This document shows positions 39,508 through 49,724 of a stretch of DNA of 64,000 bases, one piece after another; the first letter of the stretch is position 1; each line of letters opens with the position of its first letter. The notes beneath the pieces were generated by a model. It saw only the letters and a list, made by a program, of their open reading frames with translations. It did no database searches and had not been told where the DNA came from. This stretch comes from an uncultured Bacillota bacterium (lineage in GTDB: Bacteria; Sysuimicrobiota; Sysuimicrobiia; Sysuimicrobiales; Segetimicrobiaceae): contig CAWDRG010000011.1 of assembly GCA_963804645.1 (NCBI GenBank), positions 183,466 through 247,465 on the forward strand, read 5' to 3'. The position numbers and the translations under genes are program-made.

Positions 39508-42027
39508 TTGCTGACCGGTCCAGTGCAACCACGCGAGTTACCCGACGGCCTCGGCGTGCTCGCCGAGCTGGCCGCGGACATGCGCTGGACGTGGAGCCAC
39601 GAGGCCGACGCGCTCTGGCGGGCCGTGGACGAGACGACCTGGCAGCGCACCGAAAACCCCTGGGAAGTCCTGCAGGAGGTCCCCCAGGCCCGCCTCGCGG
39701 AGCTGGCGAACGACCCGGCGTTCATGGCCGAACTGCAACGCGTCGCGGACGCGCGCCGGGCCTATCTCGAGTCGCCCGGGTGGTACGGCCGCACGTATAC
39801 GACGCCGCCGCTCCGAGGCGCTGCGTATTTCAGCATGGAGTTCGGGCTGGGAGCCGCGCTGCCGCTCTACGCCGGCGGGCTCGGCGTGCTCGCCGGCGAC
39901 TTCCTCAAGACGGCCAGCGATCTCGGCCTGCCCGCGGTCGGGGTCGGCCTCTTGTACCAGCAGGGATATTTCCGTCAGCTGGTGGACCCGACGGGCGCGC
40001 AGCAAGAGGCATACCCGTACAACGACCCCGCCGGACTGCCGATCCGGCCGGTCGTCGCGCCCACCGGCGCGCGGCTGCGCATTCCACTCGAGCTGCCCGG
40101 GCGCACGCTCCGGGTCCGGGTGTGGCAGGCGCAGGTCGGCCGCGTCCCCCTGTACCTGCTCGACACGAACGACCCCCTGAACCGGCCGACCGACCGGGGC
40201 ATCACGGGGGCGCTGTACGGGGGCGGACCGGAGACCCGGCTGGCGCAGGAAATCGTGCTCGGCATCGGCGGCTGGCGCGCGCTCACCGCGCTCGGCGTGC
40301 CGGTGGACGTGTGCCACCTCAACGAGGGACACGCGGCGTTTGCGCTTGTGGAGCGGGCGCGGCAGTGCATGGTCCGCACCGGCATGACGTTCTGGGAGGC
40401 CCTGTGGGCGACGCGGGCCGGCAATGTGTTCACGACCCACACCGCGGTCGCGGCCGGGTTCGATCTGTTCGCGCCCGCGGTGATCGAGCAGTACTTCGAG
40501 CAGTATCTCGCGGAGTGCGGCATCGCCGTCTCCGACCTGCTCGCGCTCGGGCGCACCCGTCCGGACAGGGACGAGGAGCCGTTCAACATGGCCTACCTCG
40601 CGCTCCGCGGCTGCGCGGCGGCCAACGGGGTCAGCCGGCTCCATGAGGTCGTCAGCCGCCGCCTGTTTCAGCCGCTGTATCCGCGCTGGGTCGAACAGGA
40701 AGTGCCGGTCACCCACGTCACCAACGGCGTGCACATGCCCACGTGGGACTCCGCGGAAGCGGACCGGCTGTGGACGCGCGCCTGCGGCAAAGAGCGCTGG
40801 CTCGGCCGGACCGACGAGCTGAGCGGCGGCATCCGGACGCTCGACGACGAGGCGCTGTGGGACCTGCGGGTCACGCGGAGCCGGCACCTGATCGCGTATG
40901 CGCGCGCCCGTTTGAGTCTGACAGCTCCGCCAGCGCGGCGCCCACGTCGAGGCGCTCGGCGCCGTCGACCGCGTGCTCGACCCCGACGCGCTCACCCTCG
41001 GGTTTGCGCGGCGGTTTACCGACTACAAGCGCCCGACGCTGCTGCTGCACGACCCGGAGCGGTTCCGGGCCATCCTGACGAACGAGACGCGCCCGGTCCA
41101 GATCCTCGTCGCCGGCAAAGCGCACCCGGCGGACGAGACCGGCAAGCGTCTGGTGCAGGAATGGATGCGCTTCATCCAGCAACCGGAGATCCGGAGGCAC
41201 GCCGTCTTCCTCGAGGACTACGATCATGCGCGCTGGCCCAACAGCTGGTGCAGGGCGTGGACGTGTGGATCAACAACCCGCGCCGCCCGTGGGAAGCGTC
41301 GGGGACCAGCGGCATGAAGATCCTCGTCAACGGCGGCCTGAACGTCTCGGAGATCGACGGATGGTGGGACGAAGCCTACACGCCCGAGGTCGGGTGGGCG
41401 CTCGGCGACGGCGAGATCCACGCCGGACCGGAGTGGGACCGGATCGAAGCGGAGCAGCTCTACCACCTCCTGGAGCACGAGATCGTCCCCGCATTCTACT
41501 CGCGCGACGCGCGCGGCATCCCGGAGGCGTGGGTGGCGCGCATGCGGGCGAGCATGGCGACGCTGACGCCGGTCTTCAACAGCAACCGCATGGTGCTGGA
41601 GTACCTCGAGCGGCTCTATCTCCCCGCCGCGCGCCGGTTTCAGGAGCGCAGCGCGGACGGCGGCGCGCTGGCGCGGGCGCTGCGGGCGTGGGAACTCCGA
41701 GTCACCCAGCACTGGGACGACGTGCGGTTCGGGCATCTGGACGTCCAGCAGGACGGCGACACCTGGGCCTTTCACGTGCCGGTGTTCCTCGGCGAGCTCG
41801 ACGCGGACGACGTCCGGGTGGAGCTCTACGCCGAGGCGATCGGGGGCGAACCGGCCCGCGTCGAGATGCGCCGCTCGGAGCCGCTGCCCGAGGCCGCGAA
41901 TGCGTTTGTCTACCGCGCCCATGTGTCCACCGCGAGTCCGGCCGCGCTGTTCACGGCCCGCGCGATCCCCCAGCATGCCACCGTCCAGCCGCCGTCGGAG
42001 CTGACGCTGATTCGCTGGCAGCGATAG
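39508..42027 (+). CDS. glgP: Alpha-glucan (glycogen) phosphorylase with two compensating frameshifts (~40920 and ~41225)
   Basis: YFSMEFG, GGLGVLAGD, HLNEGH, EASGTSGMK; the conserved GFARRFTDYKR...AGKAHP...FLEDYD block lies in another frame (40973..41317 ORF). Confidence 0.9.
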   Translation: MLTGPVQPRELPDGLGVLAELAADMRWTWSHEADALWRAVDETTWQRTENPWEVLQEVPQARLAELANDPAFMAELQRVADARRAYLESPGWYGRTYTTPPLRGAAYFSMEFGLGAALPLYAGGLGVLAGDFLKTASDLGLPAVGVGLLYQQGYFRQLVDPTGAQQEAYPYNDPAGLPIRPVVAPTGARLRIPLELPGRTLRVRVWQAQVGRVPLYLLDTNDPLNRPTDRGITGALYGGGPETRLAQEIVLGIGGWRALTALGVPVDVCHLNEGHAAFALVERARQCMVRTGMTFWEALWATRAGNVFTTHTAVAAGFDLFAPAVIEQYFEQYLAECGIAVSDLLALGRTRPDRDEEPFNMAYLALRGCAAANGVSRLHEVVSRRLFQPLYPRWVEQEVPVTHVTNGVHMPTWDSAEADRLWTRACGKERWLGRTDELSGGIRTLDDEALWDLRVTRSRHLIAYARARLSLTAPPARRPRRGARRRRPRARPRRAHPRVCAAVYRLQAPDAAAARPGAVPGHPDERDAPGPDPRRRQSAPGGRDRQASGAGMDALHPATGDPEARRLPRGLRSCALAQQLVQGVDVWINNPRRPWEASGTSGMKILVNGGLNVSEIDGWWDEAYTPEVGWALGDGEIHAGPEWDRIEAEQLYHLLEHEIVPAFYSRDARGIPEAWVARMRASMATLTPVFNSNRMVLEYLERLYLPAARRFQERSADGGALARALRAWELRVTQHWDDVRFGHLDVQQDGDTWAFHVPVFLGELDADDVRVELYAEAIGGEPARVEMRRSEPLPEAANAFVYRAHVSTASPAALFTARAIPQHATVQPPSELTLIRWQR

Positions 42028-42133
42028 CGCGCCGCCGCACGCCGGACGGCGCCCGGCCCTCCACGAAGGGGATGGGTCGCCGCCCGGGAAGACTTCCCGC
42101 CCAAGGCCCACGCGCGCGAGGAGGTGGCCGCTC

Positions 42134-43722
42134 GTGACCGTCCCGGTGACACGCGGAATGGTGGCAACGCGGCACCCGGCCGCGTCGCGGGCGGGCCTCG
42201 AGGCGCTGCGCGCGGGCGGCACTGCGGTCGATGCCGCCGTGGCCGCCGCGTTCACGCTGGGCGTCGTGGCCCCGTCGAGCACGGGCGTCGCCGGCTACGG
42301 CGGCTGCGCGCTGGTCCATCTCGCGGCGGAAGGCCGCACGATCGCGGTCGACTTCAACTGCCGGGCGCCGGCCGCGGCGCGGGAGGACATGTTCCCGGTC
42401 TCGGACGACGGGGCCGGCACCGTGACCGTGGCCGGGCAGCTGAACGGCGTCGGCGGGCTCGGCGTGGCGGTGCCCGGCATCGTCGCGGGCCTGACGTACA
42501 TTCAGGAGCGGTTCGGCATCCTGCCGCTCCCGACGGTGCTCCAGCCCGCGATCACCGCAGCGCGGGAGGGGTTTGCGGTCGACAACACCACGGCCCTGAT
42601 GGCCCGGACGATGCTGCTGCCGCACGCCGACCGCTACCCCGACGCCCTTCGCCTCTTCTCGATACACGGGCGTCTCCCCGAGCCCGGCGACACGCTCACG
42701 AACCCGGACCTCGCGTCGACCCTCGAGCGCATCGGACGGGACGGCCCCGGCGTGTTCTACCGCGGGGATCTGGCCGGCGCGATCGTCGAGGCCGTGCAGC
42801 GGGCCGGCGGCATTCTGACGCGCGGCGACTTGGCAGCATACCAGCCGACCGAATCGGCGCCGGTGCGGACGGTCTACCACAGCGCGACGGTCCTGACCCC
42901 GGGGCTCCCCGCCGCCGGGCTGACAATTCTTCAGATGCTCCGCGTGCTGGAGGAGCTCGGGTGTGAGGACCGGTCCGGGGACGCCGACCTGGCCCACCGC
43001 CTGATCGAGGTCGCCAAGGTGTGCTGGCGGGAGCGGCTGACCCGCTACGGCGACCCGGACGTCGTGCCGCAGGATCCCGACGCGGAACTCGGCGGCGCGC
43101 GTGTGCGCGCCCTCCGAGACCGGGCGGCCGCCGGCGTGGCGTCACCCGATCCGGGCGTCATCATCGCTCCCGATCCTCTGACCGGCACCGCGCACCTCTG
43201 CGCCGCGGATCGCCGGGGAACGTGGTGTCGCTCACCCATACGCACGGGGGAAGCTTCGGCAGTCTCGTGTCCGTCCCCGGCACCGGGCTCGTGCTCGGGC
43301 ACGGGATGTCCCGGTTCGAGCCGCGCGCCGGGTGGCCGAACTCGATCGGCCCGGGAAAGCGTCCCCTGTTCAACATGGCACCGCTGGTCGTCCTGCGCGA
43401 GGGGAGGCCCATCCTCGCGATCGGGGCCGCGGGCGGCAGGACGATTCTCAGCAACCTCGCGCACGCGCTCGCGCGGGTGCTCGGTCGGCAGGAGACGATC
43501 GACCACGCCGTGGCCGGCGTCCGCTTCCATGTGGAAACTGCGGAACCGGTCCAGGTCGAGCGCGCGGGCGGGGCGCTCGCCGATGCGCTGGTGCGGCTCG
43601 GACACCGGGTCGAGATGCGGGAGCGGTTCGGCTCGATGCAGGCCATCGCCGTCGGTGCGGAGCCGGGGCGGCTCGCGGGCGTGGCCGACCCTGGCCTGGC
43701 CGGCACGGTCGCATGGGAATAA
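42134..43722 (+). pseudogene. Gamma-glutamyltransferase family protein, frameshifted at the G-run 43215-43218 (probably a sequencing error)
   Basis: GGTAVDAAVA, VAVPG, nucleophile GTAHL; continues in another frame as GNVVSLTHT..GSFGS, PGKRP, GAAGG. Confidence 0.85.
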
Positions 43723-43762
43723 GGGCCCGGTGCCGGTCGGCGCGTCCGGCCGGCGGCGCGCG

Positions 43763-44455
43763 GTGACGGGACCCCGCGAGTCCCGCTCCCGCCCGGCTCA
43801 CGCCGAACACCCGGTCAGGATTCCGGCGGCGGCCGTGACCCTCGACGGGGATCTCGTGGTCCCCGACGGAGCGCGGGCGATCGTCCTGTTCGCCCACGGC
43901 AGCGGCAGCAGCCGCCTCAGCCCCCGCAACCGCTTGGTCGCCGCCGTGCTCCAGGACGCGGGCTTCGCCACCCTGCTGATGGATCTCTTGACGCGTGAGG
44001 AAGAAGCCGCGGACGAGGCGACAGGCGCCCTGCGCTTCGACATTCCGCTCCTGGCTGCGCGGCTCGTCGCCGCCACCGACTGGATCAGCGCGCGGGCAGA
44101 CACGACGGGCCTCCGCATCGGCTACTTCGGCGCCAGCACCGGGGCGGCGGCCGCGCTGACCGCGGCCGCCGAACGGCCGAGGCTCGTCGGCGCGGTCGTG
44201 TCTCGGGGAGGTCGTCCGGATTTAGCCGAGCCCGTGCTCGCCCGAGTGCGGGCTCCCACCCTGCTCATCGTCGGCCAGCGGGACCAGACGGTCATCGCCA
44301 TGAACGAGGCAGCCCGCCGCGAGCTGGCCGCCGAAGCGCAGTTGATCATCGTCCCCCGCGCCACGCACCTGTTCGAAGAGCCAGGCGCCCTTGAGGAAGT
44401 GGCGCGGCTGGCCTGCGCCTGGTTCACGCGCCATCTCGCCTCCGGCGGCGCCTGA
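43763..44455 (+). CDS. Dienelactone-hydrolase-like alpha/beta hydrolase
   Basis: FAHGSGSSR.SPRN, GYFGASTG, SRGGRPDL, ATHLFEEPGAL. Confidence 0.88.
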   Translation: MTGPRESRSRPAHAEHPVRIPAAAVTLDGDLVVPDGARAIVLFAHGSGSSRLSPRNRLVAAVLQDAGFATLLMDLLTREEEAADEATGALRFDIPLLAARLVAATDWISARADTTGLRIGYFGASTGAAAALTAAAERPRLVGAVVSRGGRPDLAEPVLARVRAPTLLIVGQRDQTVIAMNEAARRELAAEAQLIIVPRATHLFEEPGALEEVARLACAWFTRHLASGGA

Positions 44456-44492
44456 CGCCCGGCCCCACCTCGCCCCGCGCTCGACCGAACGA

Positions 44493-44538
44493 ATCCATGC
44501 TCCGCCTGATACCGCCGGAGGCCGCCCCGTCGCACAAT
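44493..44538 (+). promoter_or_regulatory. Degenerate regulon box ATCCA-N8-CTGAT plus -10 CACAAT for USP
   Basis: 22-bp spacer. Confidence 0.55.
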
Positions 44539-44648
44539 AAGGTGGGACGCGCGGGTCATGGGTGCGATACGGCACCGAATCGGTGGCACGCAGTTGCGTA
44601 TCGCGGCCGCGGATGGGACGCAAGGCACAGTGCGGGAGGCGTACGATC

Positions 44649-45110
44649 ATGGACACGAGTCGACACATGATTCTGGCTCCGACGGATATGTCCGAGGCAT
44701 CGGGACGCGCGGTGGCCCACGCGGTTGAGCTGGGGCACCGTCTGGGCGTCGGGGTGCTGCTGTGTCACGTGCTGTCCCAGCAGCAGGTCGATCAGCGCCT
44801 GGACGCCGGCGAGTTCATCGACGTCCAGCTCGACCAGGGCGCGCGATGAGCTCGAACGGTGGTACCGGACGCTGCTGCCCCGCGCGGTGCGCGAGCCCGT
44901 GCGGGTCGAACTCCACGTCGCATCGGCGCGCCGGTCGAAGAGATCCTCGAGCTCGCGGAGGACCGCCACGTCGAGATGATCGTCATGGCCACCCACGGCC
45001 GCGCCGGACTGCCCCGGGTGCTGTTCGGTAGTGTGGCGGAGGGTGTGCTCCGGCATGCGCCGTGCCCCGTCGTGACCCTGCGCATGAACCCCCAGCTCGC
45101 GCACGCGTGA
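44649..45110 (+). pseudogene. Universal stress protein split over three frames (indels ~44843 and ~44925)
   Basis: ILAPTDMSEAS; ARDELERWY; IVMATHGRAGL..FGSVAEGVLRHAPCPV. Confidence 0.8.
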
Positions 45111-45317
45111 CGGCGGGCGCGTCATCGCATCGCGTTGGAGGAACTCCTAGGCGCGCCGCGAGCGCGCGCGGCGGTTGACCGACGCACCTAAGCGGAACAC
45201 GTGTTGGGCGTGTTCTGAGTACGTTGAGCGGGCGCGGCCTGCGCCGGACGCATCAGATGGAACGACCGCGCGGGGTGCCGGCGGCCGGACCGGCCCCCGG
45301 CACCCGCGGCTCGCAGG

Positions 45318-45759
45318 CTACGCGGTTCGAATCAGCAGGACAGGGCACCGACGTCGCGCGCACGACCCCTTCGGCTACGCTCCCCAGGAAGAGGTGGCCG
45401 ATCCCGTGGCGGCCGTGGGTGCCGATGACGATCAGGTCCGCCCCCCACCGCTGGCTTTCCGCCACGATCACCGCCCCGATCCGATCGCCGAGCGCTTCGA
45501 TCGGCGCGACCGAGACCGCGGCGATACCCGCCGCGCGCGCTTCCGCCGCGGCGCGGTCGACAATCTCCTGTCCCGCCTGCCGCGCCGCCTCGACGATGGG
45601 GCCGATGTCGAAGCCTTCAGACGTGTAGAACACCCGCGTGTCGAGCACGTGCACGATCCGCACCTCGGCGCCCTGTTCCTTGGCCAGACTCAGCCCGTGA
45701 TGGAGTGCCGTGGTGCTGCACGCACTGTCGTCGACCGCGATGAGGATGTGCTGATACAT
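45318..45759 (-). CDS. Universal stress protein (probable extra base near 45344)
   Basis: MYQHILIAVDDS, IGTHGRHG, LGSVAEGVV; removing one C restores the usual SVPVLLIR ending with a stop at 45318. Confidence 0.88.
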
Positions 45760-45786
45760 CTCGGTCCCTCCCTTCCGGCAGCCGGC

Positions 45787-48234
45787 TCAGACGCTGGCGA
45801 TCGGCACGTAGTCGTTCGGGCGCTCACCCCCAACATACAGTTCGATCTCGACCAGATTGGTGTAGGCGACCGGCCCCTGCGCAAGCTGGGACGTCCCCCG
45901 CTGAGACGTCAGGACGTTGGTGCAGCCGCCGCGATCGAGACTGCCGATGCGTCCCGGTTCGGCCGGCGTGTACCACGACCCTTCGTGCAGCAGCGCCACC
46001 CGCGGGCGGATGCGCGTCGAGACGACCGCGGCGGCGAGCACCTGTCCGCGATCGTTGAAGACCCGCACGACGTCGCCGGTCGCGATCCCGCGGGCCGCGG
46101 CGTCCGCGGGGTTAATGAGGATCGGCTCGTACCCATTGACCTTGCTGAACTGGTGGAGCTCCAGGACGTTGTCGTACGACGAATGACGGCGGTAGATCGG
46201 ATGCTTGGTGATCAGATGGAACGGGTACGTCGCCGCCTTGGGGCTGCCGAGCCATTCAAAGGGCTCCATCCACTGCGGGGTCGGCGGGCAGTCGGTGTAC
46301 CCGAGTTTCGCGATGGCCGCCGAGTAGATCTCGATCTTTCCCGACGGGGTGTTGAGCGGATTGGCCGCCGGGTCCTTGCGGAACGCCGCGAAGGCCACGT
46401 ACGGCGTCTCGTCGATCGGGAGCTCGTAGTAGCCGACCTCCTTGAACTGTTCGTAACTCATGGGGATCTTGGCGGTGGCGTAGATCTTTTGGAGCCACTG
46501 GTCGCCCGTCAGCCCCATCGTGAACTTGTCCTGGAACCCGAGCCGTGCCGACAGCTGCGTGAAGACCTCGAAGTCGCTCTTGGATTCGCCCAGCGAATCG
46601 ATCACCTTATGCTGGTACACGACGTACCGCCACGTCTGACTGATGTCGTCGCGCTCGAGCAGCGTGTTGATCGGCAGCACGATGTCCGCGTGCCGCGCCG
46701 ACGGGGTCCACCAACTGTCCTGAATGATGATCGTCTCCATCTTGCGGAAGACCTGCAGGTTCTTGTTCACCTCATCGTGCTGGTTGAGCGTGGAGCCGCC
46801 GACCCAGTAGATGAGCTTGATCTCCGACTTCCCGGGCTGCGGGTACTGATACGTAGTGCCGTTCTGGTGCATCGTGAAGGGCGCGTTCAGGACCGCGTCG
46901 GCAAACTGCTGGTCCAGGATCAGCTGGGTCACCGGGTTGGGGGCTCCCGGAAACCCGGTGGGACCGGTCCCCGTGACGCGGGCGTCCCCGGCAGAGCCGA
47001 ATCCTGGGATCGACGCCGTCAGCCCGCCGCCGGGCAGCCCAAACTCACCCTTCATCGCCGCCAGCGTGATCAGCATCCTCACCTGCTGCTCGCCGTGATC
47101 CTGCCGCTGAATGCCGAAGCCCGTCGTAATTTTGACGCGCGGGGTCTGCGCGAATTCGCGGGCGAGCGCCCGGATGCTATCCGCCGAGATGTCGGTCAGC
47201 CCGGCCGCCCACTCGGGGGTCTTCGGCTGGTGGTCGGTCTCCCCCATGACGTACTGCCGGAACGGTTCGAATCCCACCGTGTACGTGTCGACAAACGCCT
47301 TGTTGTACAGGTTCTCGGTGATCATGACGTATGCGATCGCCGCGGCCAACGCCGAGTCGGTGCCCGGGCGGATCGGAATCCACTCCTGAGACACTTCAGC
47401 GGTGTCCGAGTAGAGCGGGTCGATCGTGATCAGCTTCCCACCCCGCTGCTTGAAGGCGGCGATCCAGTCGTTCGTGCGTCCCTGCAGCGGCCCGACCACC
47501 TTCTGGACGTTCATGGGGTCGCTGCCCCAGGCGATCAGAAGATTGGTGTTGGCGACGGTATCGGCCCACGAGTCGTCGGGGAAGATCACTCCCCAGGAGT
47601 ACGGCGCGGCCCACTGCCACGCAGCGTAGCTCTTGTTGCCGATGCGGCTCGTGTACCCGCCGTAGAGGCTGAGAAAGCGGGCCAGCTGCCCCGTCTTGGT
47701 GTTCAGCAGACCCGTGGTCGACCACCCGCCGATCATGCCTCCGAAGATCCCCTCGTTGCCGTACTGCGTCTTGACGCGTTTGAGCTCCCCTGCCACGAGG
47801 TTGAGCGCCTCGTTCCAACTCACCCGCCGGTAGCGCGGGACGCCTCGAGTCTCACGGTTGCCGCCGCCGGGCTTCCAGTCGACCCGGACCATCGGGTACA
47901 GAATCCGGTCGGCTGCGTACGTCCGGTGGTGCCAGTTCAGCGCCATCGGCGAGGCCAGGTTGTTTGGATAATCGAGACTGCTGACGCGGATGATGCGTCC
48001 GTCCACGACGTGGACGTTGATCAATCCCTCGTTGTCGGCGCTGGCAAACACCCGCTCTGCCCCCGCCGTCGGCTCCAAGGACGTGGCGGCGTACGCCGCC
48101 TCCGGGCCCCGCGTCAGCACCTCCCCGAAGATCGAGGTCGCGGCCGCGGCAGCCCCTACGCCCTTCAGGAACTCCCGACGACGCACGCGTCCGTCCGGTC
48201 CCCCCGCATGCGTCCGTGCTGATGAATCAGTCAT
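45787..48234 (-). CDS. Tat-exported DMSO-reductase-family molybdoenzyme #5 (close paralogue of #1)
   Basis: RRREFL; GNKSYAAWQWAAPYSWG and RRHSSYDN shared with #1; GGAGG RBS before MTDSS. Confidence 0.93.
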   Translation of the reverse strand: MTDSSARTHAGGPDGRVRRREFLKGVGAAAAATSIFGEVLTRGPEAAYAATSLEPTAGAERVFASADNEGLINVHVVDGRIIRVSSLDYPNNLASPMALNWHHRTYAADRILYPMVRVDWKPGGGNRETRGVPRYRRVSWNEALNLVAGELKRVKTQYGNEGIFGGMIGGWSTTGLLNTKTGQLARFLSLYGGYTSRIGNKSYAAWQWAAPYSWGVIFPDDSWADTVANTNLLIAWGSDPMNVQKVVGPLQGRTNDWIAAFKQRGGKLITIDPLYSDTAEVSQEWIPIRPGTDSALAAAIAYVMITENLYNKAFVDTYTVGFEPFRQYVMGETDHQPKTPEWAAGLTDISADSIRALAREFAQTPRVKITTGFGIQRQDHGEQQVRMLITLAAMKGEFGLPGGGLTASIPGFGSAGDARVTGTGPTGFPGAPNPVTQLILDQQFADAVLNAPFTMHQNGTTYQYPQPGKSEIKLIYWVGGSTLNQHDEVNKNLQVFRKMETIIIQDSWWTPSARHADIVLPINTLLERDDISQTWRYVVYQHKVIDSLGESKSDFEVFTQLSARLGFQDKFTMGLTGDQWLQKIYATAKIPMSYEQFKEVGYYELPIDETPYVAFAAFRKDPAANPLNTPSGKIEIYSAAIAKLGYTDCPPTPQWMEPFEWLGSPKAATYPFHLITKHPIYRRHSSYDNVLELHQFSKVNGYEPILINPADAAARGIATGDVVRVFNDRGQVLAAAVVSTRIRPRVALLHEGSWYTPAEPGRIGSLDRGGCTNVLTSQRGTSQLAQGPVAYTNLVEIELYVGGERPNDYVPIASV

Positions 48235-48352
48235 GACACGCCTCCCTGGTCCCGTGCCGGCGATCCCCGACCGTCGCACTCATGCGTGCCCCTCGACGCG
48301 CTTGCCGCCTCTTCCCACGGGACGCTCTCGCTTCGCGACCTTCACCGCTTCC

Positions 48353-48398
48353 ACGCTAACAAGCGCCCCCCGAACGGAGTATCCGTCGTGCGCCCGAT
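48353..48398 (-). promoter_or_regulatory. Regulon box ATCCG-N8-CCGAT (48381-48398) plus TGtTAGCGT for enzyme #5-USP
   Basis: 22-bp spacer. Confidence 0.75.
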
Positions 48399-48564
48399 TT
48401 CCTGGTCCGTGCCCGGGATGGACAATACGAGTGGCAGCGCACCGCCCCGCGGCACGCATGGCCGACGCATCAGAGCGCTGCGGCCGACCGAGCGTGGACC
48501 GCACGGACCGTCCGGGCCCGGCTAGCGGAACCCGAGTGGGAACCCTCCCGGGGGGAGACGCGCG

Positions 48565-49724
48565 ATGACTCGAGGGACCAACACCAGCGCGCCAGCCATC
48601 ACGGACGCCGTCCTGCAGGCGCAGATCGAACGGGCCCGCACCCGCACGCTGGCCTGGTTGGACGCGATGCAGGCGCCGGGCCTGCCGGACGGCGTGACGC
48701 GCATCAGCGCCGCACACGATCCGGTCCGCTGGCCGGGGATGCTGCTGCCGGGCACCTATAACGGCGTGATGTGCCGGTACCTGCTGGACGGTCTGCCGGG
48801 CGTCACGGCCGACGCACGCATGCGGCCTCGTCGACTGGCTGCATGCGACACCGCCGCCGCGACGGTATCTTCCGGGTGCCTGGCATGACCGACGCGGACG
48901 TCTACAAGAAGGCGGACCTGGATGAAACGTGGCGCTACATCGACTTCCACGTCACGAACTATGCCCTCGGGGCCGTCGAGGCGCTGGATCCCGGCCGCGC
49001 TCCGCTCCTGACGTTCGCGCGCCCCTGGCTCGACCCGCTCACGCTCAAGGCCTGGCTCTCCGACCGCGACCTGCGCGACCCGTGGCAGGAGGGCAACAAC
49101 ATCGTCAACCTCGGCAGCTTCCTGCTGCTGATGCGCCGCTTCGACCTCGCGGCGCCGGCGCAGATCGAGCGCGCCATCGCCATCCTGTTCGACTGGCACG
49201 ACCGCCTCCAGGAGCCGGCCACCGGGTTCTGGGGGGTCGGGCAACTCTCCGACGCACGCGCCGGGCTGGAGGCGATGGCCGGGTCGATGCACTGCTATCA
49301 TCTCTGGTACGCGACCGGCCGGCCGCTTCGGTATCAGGACCACGCGGTGGACTACGCGCTGGCGCGTCCAGCCGAGATCGACACGGCGTGCATCGACGTC
49401 GATCTGGTGGATCTCCTCGTCCACGCGTCCATGCTGATCGACCACCGCCGTGGAGACACCGTCGACTGGCTGCGACGCAAGCTCGCGGCGCTGCTGGCGT
49501 TCCAGGCCGACGACGGCGGATTCCCTGACGAGCTCACGGGCATCCGCCGGGAGGACGGCTGGGTGCGCGGCTACGAAGAACCGCAGGGGATCTCCAACAC
49601 GTTCTCCACGTGGTTCCGCTGGGTCGCCATCGCGATGATCGCCGACGCCCTGTGGCCGGGCTGGCACGCGTGGCGGTTCCGCCGCATGATCGGCATCGGC
49701 TACCGCCTGGAGTGCGCGCGATGA
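48565..49724 (+). CDS. Hypothetical protein, possible (alpha/alpha)-barrel; frame disrupted ~48820-48841
   Basis: Two overlapping protein-like ORFs; QEPATGFW and QADDGGF motifs; stop overlaps the GH2 start (ATGA). Confidence 0.65.

Noticed and set aside
42134..44455. Apparent 773-aa GGT-hydrolase fusion
   Set aside because: Created by the frameshift at 43215-43218; the true GGT small subunit is in another frame and stops at 43722.
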